Source: Eledone cirrhosa (taxonomy: Eukaryota). Taken from it: DNA of 64,000 nt. This document shows, piece by piece, positions 24,263 to 36,300 of the stretch. Made by a program: the position numbers and the translations under genes. The number at the start of each line of letters is the position of its first letter. The first letter of the stretch is position 1. The notes beneath the pieces are model-generated. The model searched no databases. It was not told the DNA's origin and saw nothing but the letters and a program-made list of their open reading frames with translations. The stretch covers positions 360,902,001-360,966,000 of the forward strand of contig OZ024742.1 in the NCBI GenBank assembly GCA_964016885.1, written 5' to 3'.

Positions 24263-24867
24263 GGTGGCTGCCAACTCGTTTTCGAGTACGGCCACTACTT
24301 TATATCCATGTAGGAGAACCCCTACCGATGCACTGAACGAGTGACTTTTTAGTCCAGCCAGCAACTTGAAAACTCTGGTACAAACACTACACCTGTGACA
24401 ATTATTGACACATAGTGCTGGTCCCATGGTACCATGTGACGGCAAGTGCAGAGAGATCTCCAGATATAAAGCAATGCCTGTGCCGTGAAGCTTTTATAGT
24501 GAGCAAAGTCACTGCACAAAGCCAGTCCCGCTCTCTTAACCAAGATGATATTTACCAAAAAGAAGAACAAGTCAACATCATTGGATACCATCAGGGTTGC
24601 AGGTGTTATATCAGAGTTTTCCTTCTCCTAGAATTCTGCCTTGACAAAGGCTAAGGGGTCATCTCTCCCGGTGATTTTGGATGGCCATTGACTCTTAAGA
24701 GCCCCTTTGACAGGTTTTGTTTTTAGTCCTGCAGGATGTCCAAAGTCACCCTCCTCACCAAGAAACCTTGGTGGGGGTTGCCAGTTTAGTCGCCAACGAC
24801 CCGACCATGAGACAGGTTGTACTGGGATACATGTTACCAGTAGCACCAACTGGTGACCTGACATCTA
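24263..24867 (-). mobile_element. Bipartite RTE-derived non-autonomous element, about 600 bp, flanked by ~126-bp direct repeats
   Basis: RTE 5'UTR-type sequence fused to C2H2-coding 3' end; direct repeats 24135-24262 and 24868-24993. Confidence 0.8.
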
Positions 24868-25388
24868 ATCTTCAGTCACTATCACACTCTATGCACCAGT
24901 ATTGAGTACATAATCAGTTAATGGTTGATTATTTTTAAATACCATGGTGTTATAAACACCCATTCTAATATATATATACACATACATACATATATATATA
25001 TAATCATCATTTTTACTGAAAAGCGGACATAAAAACGATGATGATGATATATATATATGAGTGTGTGTGAGAGTGTGTGTGTACACATACTTATTTATTT
25101 ACTTACATCTCTTCATTTCCTCCTCTCTCCCTCTTCATCTCCTGCCCCATTCTCCCACTACGGCTCCTCCTCTATCTCTCTTCATCACCCCTCTCTCTAC
25201 CTCCGCCCACCCCCATGCTAACCAATATGACTCACAGCACAAAACTTTTGTCTGTTTGTTGTTACAAGATAGTTCTACCATTACATTTTCTTCTCTTATC
25301 TAAAGCACCACTAACTATAATATATGCTGCATACATTAACATCTCATACATCTTTCTCTCTCTCTCTCTCTCTCTCTCTGTGTCTCTC

Positions 25389-25420
<32 letters not shown>

Positions 25421-25488
25421 CACTCTTACACAGAACACTCATATGTAAATGCATAGAAAAAAATGTGTTTATGTGTCCTATTTGCATG

Positions 25489-25531
<43 letters not shown>

Positions 25532-25533
<2 letters not shown>

Positions 25534-26572
25534 GTGCTCTGAAAGTACAGTAGCTAGAGTCAGAACTGGATGGAAAAAGTTCAGAGAGCTTATACCACTA
25601 TTAGCCGCTAGAGGGTTCTCCCTAAAAATGAAAGGCAGGTTATACGATGCCTGCATACGAACAGCAATGCTGCATGGCAGTGAGACCTGGGCATTGTGTG
25701 CAGAGGATATACGCAGACTAGAGAGGAACGAAGCTTGCATGCTCCGCTGGATGTGCAATAGTAATATACGTGAACGGCAAAGCATAAACGAACTAAGGAA
25801 AAAATTAGAAATAAGAGGGATCAGATGTTGTTTACTCGAGAGAAGACTACGTTGGTATGGTCACGTGATGCGCATGAAAGACGACAGCTGTATAACAAAG
25901 TGCAGGGCAATAAAAATAGACGGTAGCCACGGAGTAGGCAGACCCAGAAAAACATGGGACGAGCTGATAAATTCCGACCTCACACGCTTACACCTCTCCA
26001 AGACAATGTCACTGGACCGAGACCTTTGGCGGTACTCAGTAATAGAGAAGACCCGCCTTACCTAAATACAAAGTAAAAACCTACTACAGTCAGTAGGCAT
26101 CTCTATCAAAACACACCCCCGTCCCACCACCTCCACCCCATCCACACCGCCCCTTTCAATGTAAAGTTATGTTGGTCCCACAACATCCAGGCCGAAACAA
26201 ATGAGATCGTGTAGGTGTCACGACAAAAAAAACACGCAGTCCACGCTGTAAATGTGGCCGTGTAGGCAACACGGTAAAAACCTCCCAGCCCCACACTGTA
26301 AATGTGGTTGGTGTTAGGAAGGGCATCCAACTGTAGAAAACCCGCCAGACAGTCCACGCTGTAATGTGGCCGTGTAGGCAACACGGTAAAAACCTCCCAG
26401 CCCCACACTGTAAATGTGGTTGGTGTTAGGAAGGGCATCCAACTGTAGAAAACCTGCCAGACAGTCCTATGCGAGCAAGACAACCACTCTTGCCTCAAGT
26501 GGGAAAACCCCCTCCAAACCCATGCAAGCGTGGAACACGGACGCTAAACCTGATGATGATGATGATGATGAT
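25532..26572 (+). mobile_element. RTE LINE copy D, 5'-truncated, with ~113-bp tandem duplication in the 3'UTR
   Basis: Open frame to 26065 nearly identical to the copy C C-terminus; duplication 26238-26463; (GAT)n tail. Confidence 0.95.
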
Positions 26573-26701
26573 ATATATGTGTGTGTGTGTGTATGTGCAT
26601 ATATATATATTTGTATATATATGTGCATTAATGTGTGTGTGTGTATGTGCATATATATATATATATATGTGTATATATATGTGCATATATGTGTGTGTGT
26701 G

Positions 26702-26746
<45 letters not shown>

Positions 26747-27444
26747 ATATATATCTGCATGTGTGTGTGTATGTGCATATATATATATGCGTATATATAT
26801 GTGCATATATGTATATGTGTGTGTATATATATATATATGTATGTATATATATGTGTATAAGTATATATATATGTGTGTATATGTATATATATATGTGTGT
26901 ATATGTATATATGTGAGTGTGTATGTATATATGTGTGTGTATGTGTGTGTATATGTATATATATGTGTGTGTATGTGTGTGTATATGTATATATATATGT
27001 GTGTATGTGTGTGTATATGTATATATATGTGTGTATATGTGTGTATATGTATATATATGTGTGTGTATATGTATATATATGTGTGTGTGTATAAGCATTT
27101 TTATACTTTGTTGTGCTCATCATCATCATCATCATGGTGATATTTGCATGTAGAAGTATATATGTAAATATATATATAAGACACACACATTATATAAGAG
27201 CCTTTCAATGTTGCTTGTGTTATTCTATGTAAATTTTCTAGTTGTATAAATGTTATTATAGCTGTTAGCAACAGTATCATTGTTAAATCCACCAAATTTA
27301 GCGGCTAGTTTAAATGTTTAAATTCCTTTTAGTTTAGAAAAAATGTGATTGTGTTATTTGAGTGCCGTTATTTGACCTCCATGTCTGTCAGTCTACTTCT
27401 TTAGGATTGTATATGTATGTTTGTGAGTAATGTATATATATATA

Positions 27445-28223
27445 TAGGGTGCTTTATAAAACTAGATCTCATTGGAGATGTAAATATCCCCAAAACTACC
27501 AAGTCAAGAACTAGGCCGAGCTTGTTTAATGTTGAGCAACATAAGATATCATTTGAGATGTAATATCCCAGAAACTATGAAGTCTAGATCAACAAGACTG
27601 AGCTGGTTTAATGTTGAACAACATAAGATATCATTTGAGATGTAATATCCCAGAAACTATGAAGTCTAGATCAACAAGACTGAGCTGGTTTAATGTTGAA
27701 CAACATAAGATATCATTTGAGATGTAATATACCAGAAACTATGAAGTCAAGGACAACGAGACTGTGCTGGTTTAATGTTGAACAACATAAGATATCATTT
27801 GAGATGTAATATCCCAGAAACTATGAAGTCAAGGACAACGAGACTGAGCTGGTTTAATGTTGAACAACATCAGATATCATTTGAGGTGTAATATCCCAGA
27901 AACTATGAAGTCAAGGACAACGAGACTGAGCTGGTTTAATGTTGAACAACATCAGATATCATTTGAGGTGTAATATCCCAGAAACTATGAAGTCAAGGAC
28001 AATGAGACTGGGCTGGTTTAATGTTGAACAACATCAGATATCATTTGAGGTGTAATATCCCAGAAACTATGAAGTCAAGGACAACGAGACTGGGCTGGTT
28101 TAATGTTGAACAAGAATTATTCCTCAAAATTAGTCAACATTATAAACACTAATTCACAATATATAGTGGTAGTTCCTGGGATAAATACATCTCAAATGAT
28201 ATCTAATTTTTTGAAATACCCTG
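27445..28223. mobile_element. Tc1/mariner-like MITE containing an internal 82-bp tandem array
   Basis: Left TAGGGTGCTTTATAAAACTAGATCTCATTGGAGATGTAAATATCCC versus reverse complement of right CAGGGTATTTCAAAAAATTAGATATCATTTGAGATGTATTTATCCC. Confidence 0.75.
27463..28112. repeat. 82-bp minisatellite, about 8 copies
   Basis: GATATC recurs at 27545, 27627, 27709 and onward. Confidence 0.92.
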
Positions 28224-28355
28224 TGTGTGTGTGTGTATCTGTGTATATATATATATACACACACACATACATATATATATGTATATATATATACATATAT
28301 ATGTATGTATATGCATGTATTTCTATTAGCAGCATTACACTCCCAAAGTATAGCA

Positions 28356-28389
<34 letters not shown>

Positions 28390-28994
28390 TGCAGGCATGG
28401 AAAAAAGCGGACGTAAAAATGATGATGATGATGTATGTATGTATGTATATATCTTCATCAGCAGCATTTAATGTCTGATATCCCTGCTAGCATGTGTTGG
28501 ATGGGTCTACATAGACCAAGTCAGTACTGAGGCAGGGCTATTGACCACCCAGATAGGACAAGGGGTTTGTATTCTGCTTGTGTACAATTATATTGAGTGC
28601 AGTCTTTTATATATCATCATCATCATCATTTCACAGGTCTTCACAGACCAGGTCAGCACTTAATTGATGCCACTGATATCTCAAATATGCCAGTAGCTGC
28701 ATCTCGCATGCATGTCCACACTTTACAGAGAGCACTGGATGTGTTTTATCATCGTATCAGTACAAGGGAGGCTGTGATATATTTGACATCACTGAGGAAT
28801 TCTCTGGACAATTTGTTTGTCATTTCTTTTGGATGCCCTTCATGGAATAATTGTAGCACAAAAACGTAATTGTAATATTTGGTTTCAGCTGATGATTTTG
28901 GGCCCATCACATTGTTAGCCAAGATTTAAGACGTTTAGTCAATTTAATCAACCTTAGTGTATTACTGGTATGGATTTTACTAACATAACAGAGA

Positions 28995-29310
28995 AAGGCA
29001 GAGCTTGAATGAACTGAGGGAGAAACTGGGTTTAAGAGGAATCAGAGTTGGTGTGCAGGAAAGAAGACTGTGTTGGTATGGACATGTGATGCACATGGAT
29101 GATGACCACTGAGTGAAGAAGTGCCAGGAAATCCTAGTAGAAAGAAGCTGCAGTAGAGGAAGATCAAGAAAGACCTGGGCAGAGGTGGTGAAAACTGATC
29201 TCAAATTGCTGAGACTCACAGAGAAGATGATGAAGGAACGCAGTGAGTGGAGAGATACTGTGCTGAAAAGGACCTCTCCAACTGATGCAAGCATGGAAAA
29301 ACGATGATGG
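28995..29310 (+). mobile_element. Older RTE LINE 3' fragment
   Basis: ELREKLGLRGI..ERRLCWYGHV..GRSRKTWAEVV; ATGCAAGCATGGAAAAACGATGATG tail. Confidence 0.8.
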
Positions 29311-30310
29311 TCAGTTATGTGTGATATTTTTGATATCAACAAATCACATGGCCAACATGTTATAATCGTTTGTGATTTCACTTTTAATATACTTTAAGGA
29401 TTTAACTGAAAATATTTATAAACTGGATTCGTTAAGTCAAATGTTTACTTGTGGATAGATAGATGTAAACATTTGTAGTATTAGAGTAAATATTATCTTT
29501 TAATGTGATGCAGTTGTAGGGCTTGCTGGTTACTACTTTACAAGAATGTTTTGATAATGCGGTTTCATGTGGTACAGGACATTAAGAGTTAAAGGAAGTG
29601 AAATATATGTTACCAGGAAATTAAAATACTCTTATGATTGCATATAGGTTTCAGAAGATATTGTTACATATGTTCCTATTTTACTAAGATACACAAGATT
29701 TTGCCTGTAAGGAAGGGCAGGGCAGTTTTTTCATGAATTTGAAGATGTGGAAACTGTAGGAAAAATTATCTTCATACTCCTGTTCTATGAAACAAACCCA
29801 CCTATTTTAAAGAGATCCTATTTAGATTAAAACGTTCCATCATTATTTTGTATAAAATGTTGTGTTAAGATATGTTATAAATACTGTATTGATAATGCAA
29901 TAATTAATAATTTTAGTAAATTCCTCCAAATTTTTCATTAATTAATTGAAATACAATGCATGTCATCAGATATATGGCAACTGAAGGTTTGTGTTATAAC
30001 TTTAGTAGTGAAGGGTCATGAGGAATCTTCAGTTATATCAAAGACATGACAACCCCACTAGTGATTTACATGATAAATGCACCCATTACACTCTGTAAAG
30101 TCGTTGGTAATAGGAAGGGTATATAGTTGTAGAAAATCTGCCGGACAGGAGGGCTGTTAGGTTGTGTCAAAGGTAAGAACCTCTCTAGTGCTGCTGCCAT
30201 GATAACATACTCTTGGTAGTATGTGAGTGAAATAAAGACACCCTAGCCTGCCTGAACATTCAGTAGATTATGGTAACATATGTAAGCAAGATGCAGGCCC
30301 CAAGATGCTC

Positions 30311-33300
30311 TTCAAACTAACTCTATATAGTTAGTCTCACAACTAGTTCAAGCTGAGTCTATATAGTTAGTCTCACAACTAGTTCAAGCTGACTCTATAT
30401 AGTTAGTCTCACAACTAGTTCAAGCTGACTCTATATAGTTAGTCTCACAACTAGTTCAAGCTGATTTATATATAGTTAGTATCACAACTAGTTCAAGCTG
30501 ACTCTATATAGTTAGTCTCACAACTAGTTCAAGCTGACTCTATATAGTTAGTCTCACAACTAGTTCAAGCTGACTCTATATAGTTAGTCTCACAACTAGT
30601 TCAAGCTGATTTATATATAGTTAGTCTCACAACTAGTTCAAGCTGACTCTATATAGTTAGTCTCACAACTAGTTCAAGCTGACTCTATATAGTTAGTCTC
30701 ACAACTAGTTCAAGCTGACTCTATATAGTTAGTCTCACAACTAGTTCAAGCTGACTCTATATAGTTAGTCTCACAACTAGTTCAAGCTGACTCTATATAG
30801 TTAGTCTCACAACTAGTTCAAACTGACTCTATATAGTTAGTCTCACAACTAGTTCAAACTGACTCTATATAGTTAGTCTCACAACTAGTTCAAACTGACT
30901 CTATATAGTTAGTCTCACAACTAGTTCAAGCTGACTCTATATAGTTAGTCTCACAACTAGTTCAAGCTGACTCTATATAGTTAGTCTCACAATTAGTTCA
31001 AACTGACTCTATATAGTTAGTCTCACAACTAGTTGAAACTAACTCTATATAGTTAGTCTCACAACTAGTTCAAACTGACTCTATATAGTTAGTCTCACAA
31101 CTGGTTCAAGCTGACTCTATATAGTCAGTCTCACAACTGGTTCAAACTAACTCTATATAGTTAGTCTCACAACTAGTTCAAGCTGACTTTATATAGTTAG
31201 TCTCACAACTAGTTCAAGCTGACTCTATATAGTTAGTCTCACAACTAGTTCAAGCTGACTCTATATAGTTAGTCTCACAACTAGTTCAAGCTGACTCTAT
31301 ATTGTTAGTCTCCCAACTGGTTCAAACTAACTCTATATAGTTAGTCTCACAACTAGTTCAAGCTGACTTTATATAGTTAGTCTCACAACTAGTTCAAGCT
31401 GACTCTATATAGTTAGTCTCACAACTAGTTCAAGCTGACTCTATATAGTTAGTCTCACAACTAGTTCAAGCTGACTCTATATGGTTAGTCTCCCAACTGG
31501 TTCAAACTAACTCTATATAGTTAGTCTCACAACTAGTTCAAGCTGACTTTATATAGTTAGTCTCACAACTAGTTCAAGCTGACTCTATATAGTTAGTCTC
31601 ACAACTAGTTCAAGCTGACTCTATATAGTTAGTCTCCCAACTGGTTCAAACTAACTCTATATAGTTAGTCTCACAACTAGTTCAAGCTGACTCTATTGCT
31701 ATGCTGTATAGTTAGTCTCACAACTAGTTCAAGCTGACTCCATTGTTATGCTGTATAGTTAGTCTCACAACTAGTTCAAGCTGACTCTATATAGTTAGTC
31801 TCACAACTGGTTCAAGCTGACTCTATAGAGTTAGTCTCACAACTAGTTCAAGCTGACTCGATTGCTATGCTGTATAGTTAGTCTCACAACTAGTTCAAGC
31901 TGACTCTATTGCTATGCTGTATAGTTAGTCTCACAACTAGTTCAAGCTGATTCTATATAGTTAGTCTCACAACTGGTTCAAGCTGACTCTATATAGTTAG
32001 TCTCACAACTAGTTCAAGCTGATTTATATATAGTTAGTATCACAACTAGTTCAAGCTGACTCTATATAGTTAGTCTCACAACTAGTTCAAGCTGACTCTA
32101 TATAGTTAGTCTCACAACTAGTTCAAGCTGACTCTATATAGTTAGTCTCACAAATGGTTCAAACTAACTCTATATAGTTAGACTCACAACTGGTTCAAGC
32201 TGAGTCTATATAGTTAGTCTCACAACTAGTTCAAGCTGACTCTATATAGTTAGTCTCACAACTAGTTCAAGCTGACTCTATATAGTTAGTCTCACAACTA
32301 GTTCAAGCAAATTCTATATAGTTAGTCTCACAACTAGTTCAAACTAACTCTATATAGTTAGTCTCACAACTAGTTCAAGCTGACTCTATATAGTTAGTCT
32401 CACAACTAGTTCAAACTAACTCTATATAGTTAGTCTCACAACTAGTTCAAGCTGACTCTATATAGTTAGTCTCACAACTAGTTCAAGCTGACTCTATATA
32501 GTTAGTCTCACAACTAGTTCAAGCTGACTCTATATAGTTAGTCTCACAACTAGTTCAAGCTGACTTTATATAGTTAGTCTCACAACTGGTTCAAGCTGAC
32601 TTTATATAGTTAGTCTCACAACTAGTTCAAGCTGACTTTATATAGTTAGTCTCACAACTAGTTCAAGCTGACTCTATATAGTTAGTCTCACAACTAGTTC
32701 AAGCTGACTCTATATAGTTAGTCTCACAACTGGTTCAAGCTGACTCTATATAGTTAGTCTCACAACTGGTTCAAGCTGACTCTATATAGTTAGTCTCACA
32801 ACTAGTTCAAGCTGACTCTATTGCTATGCTGTATAGTTAGTCTCACAACTAGTTCAAGCTGACTCTATTGCTATGCTGTATAGTTAGTCTCACAACTAGT
32901 TCAAGCTGACTCTATTGCTATGCTGTATAGTTAGTCTCACAACTAGTTCAAGCTGACTCTATATAGTTAGTCTCACAACTGGTTCAAGCTGACTCTATAT
33001 AGTTAGTCTCACAACTAGTTCAAGCTGACTCTATTGCTATGCTGTATAGTTAGTCTCACAACTAGTTCAAGCTGACTCTATATAGTTAGTCTCACAACTA
33101 GTTCAAGCTGACTCTATATAGTTAGTCTCACAACTAGTTCAAGCTGACTTTATATAGTTAGTCTCACAACTGGTTCAAGCTGACTTTATATAGTTAGTCT
33201 CACAACTAGTTCAAGCTGACTTTATATAGTTAGTCTCACAACTAGTTCAAGCTGACTCTATATAGTTAGTCTGACAACTAGTTCAAGGTGACTCTATATA

Positions 33301-36300
33301 GTTAGTCTCACAACTGGTTCAAGCTGACTCTATATAGTTAGTCTCACAACTGGTTCAAGCTGACTCTATATAGTTAGTCTCACAACTAGTTCAAGCTGAC
33401 TCTATTGCTATGCTGTATAGTTAGTCTCACAACTAGTTCAAGCTGACTCTATATGGTTAGTCTCACAACTGGTTCAAGCTGACTCTATATAGTTAGTCTC
33501 ACAACTAGTTCAAGCTGACTCTATTGCTATGCTGTATAGTTAGTCTCACAACTAGTTCAAGCTGACTCTATATAGTTAGTCTCACAACTGGTTCAAGCTG
33601 ACTCTATATAGTTAGTCTCACAACTAGTTCAAGCTGATTTATATATAGTTAGTATCACAACTAGTTCAAGCTGACTCTATATAGTTAGTCTCACAACTAG
33701 TTCAAGCTGACTCTATATAGTTAGTCTCACAACTAGTTCAAGCTGACTCTATATAGTTAGTCTCACAACTAGTTCAAGCTGACTCTATATAGTTAGTCTC
33801 ACAACTAGTTCAAGCTGATTTATATATAGTTAGTCGCACAACTAGTTCAAGCTGACTCTATATAGTTAGTCTCACAACTAGTTCAAGCTGACTCTATATA
33901 GTTAGTCTCACAACTAGTTCAAGCTGACTCTATATAGTTAGTCTCACAACTAGTTCAAGCTGACTCTATATAGTTAGTCTCACAACTAGTTCAAGCTGAC
34001 TCTATATAGTTAGTCTCACAACTAGTTCAAGCTGACTCTATATAGTTAGTCTCACAACTAGTTCAAACTGACTCTATATAGTTAGTCTCACAACTAGTTC
34101 AAACTGACTTTATATAGTTAGTCTCCCAACTGGTTCAAACTAACTCTATATAGTTAGTCTCACAACTAGTTCAAGCTGACTTTATATAGTTAGTCTCACA
34201 ACTAGTTCAAGCTGACTCTATATAGTTAGTCTCACAACTAGTTCAAGCTGACTCTATATAGTTAGTCTCACAACTAGTTCAAGCTGACTCTATATGGTTA
34301 GTCTCCCAACTGGTTCAAACTAACTCTATATAGTTAGTCTCACAACTAGTTCAAGCTGACTTTATATAGTTAGTCTCACAACTAGTTCAAGCTGACTCTA
34401 TATAGTTAGTCTCACAACTAGTTCAAGCTGACTCTATATAGTTAGTCTCCCAACTGGTTCAAACTAACTCTATATAGTTAGTCTCACAACTAGTTCAAGC
34501 TGACTCTATTGCTATGCTGTATAGTTAGTCTCACAACTAGTTCAAGCTGACTCCATTGTTATGCTGTATAGTTAGTCTCACAACTAGTTCAAGCTGACTC
34601 TATATAGTTAGTCTCACAACTGGTTCAAGCTGACTCTATAGAGTTAGTCTCACAACTAGTTCAAGCTGACTCGATTGCTATGCTGTATAGTTAGTCTCAC
34701 AACTAGTTCAAGCTGACTCTATTGCTATGCTGTATAGTTAGTCTCACAACTAGTTCAAGCTGATTCTATATAGTTAGTCTCACAACTGGTTCAAGCTGAG
34801 TCTATATAGTTAGTCTCACAACTAGCTCAAGCTGACTCTATATAGTTAGTCTCACAACTAGTTCAAGCTGATTTATATATAGTTAGTATCACAACTAGTT
34901 CAAGCTGACTCTATATAGTTAGTCTCACAACTAGTTCAAGCTGACTCTATATAGTTAGTCTCACAACTAGTTCAAGCTGACTCTATATAGTTAGTCTCAC
35001 AAATGGTTCAAACTAACTCTATATAGTTAGACTCACAACTGGTTCAAGCTGAGTCTATATAGTTAGTCTCACAACTAGTTCAAGCTGACTCTATATAGTT
35101 AGTCTCACAACTAGTTCAAGCTGACTCTATATAGTTAGTCTCACAACTAGTTCAAGCAAATTCTATATAGTCAGTCTCACAACTAGTTCAAACTAACTCT
35201 ATATAGTTAGTCTCACAACTAGTTCAAGCTGACTCTATATAGTTAGTCTCACAACTAGTTCAAACTAACTCTATATAGTTTGTCTCACAACTAGTTCAAG
35301 CTGACTCTATATAGTTAGTCTCACAACTAGTTCAAGCTGACTCTATATAGTTAGTCTCACAACTAGTTCAAGCTGACTCTATATAGTTAGTCTCACAACT
35401 AGTTCAAGCTGACTTTATATAGTTAGTCTCACAACTGGTTCAAGCTGACTTTATATAGTTAGTCTCACAACTAGTTCAAGCTGACTTTATATAGTTAGTC
35501 TCACAACTAGTTCAAGCTGACTCTATATAGTTAGTCTCACAACTAGTTCAAGCTGACTCTATATAGTTAGTCTCACAACTGGTTCAAGCTGACTCTATAT
35601 AGTTAGTCTCACAACTGGTTCAAGCTGACTCTATATACTTAGTCTCACAACTAGTTCAAGCTGACTCTATTGCTATGCTGTATAGTTAGTCTCACAACTA
35701 GTTCAAGCTGACTCTATTGCTATGCTGTATAGTTAGTCTCACAACTAGTTCAAGCTGACTCTATATAGTTAGTCTCACAACTGGTTCAAGCTGACTCTAT
35801 ATAGTTAGTCTCACAACTAGTTCAAGCTGACTCTATTGCTATGCTGTATAGTTAGTCTCACAACTAGTTCAAGCTGACTCTATATAGTTACTCTCACAAC
35901 TAGTTCAAGCTGACTCTATATAGTTAGTCTCACAACTAGTTCAAGCTGACTTTATATAGTTAGTCTCACAACTGGTTCAAGCTGACTTTATATAGTTAGT
36001 CTCACAACTAGTTCAAGCTGACTTTATATAGTTAGTCTCACAACTAGTTCAAGCTGACTCTATATAGTTATTCTCACAACTAGTTCAAGCTGACTCTATA
36101 TAGTTAGTCTCACAACTGGTTCAAGCTGACTCTATATAGTTAGTCTCACAACTGGTTCAAGCTGACTCTATATAGTTAGTCTCACAACTAGTTCAAGCTG
36201 ACTCTATTGCTATGCTGTATAGTTAGTCTCACAACTAGTTCAAGCTGACTCTATATAGTTAGTCTCACAACTGGTTCAAGCTGACTCTATATAGTTAGTC

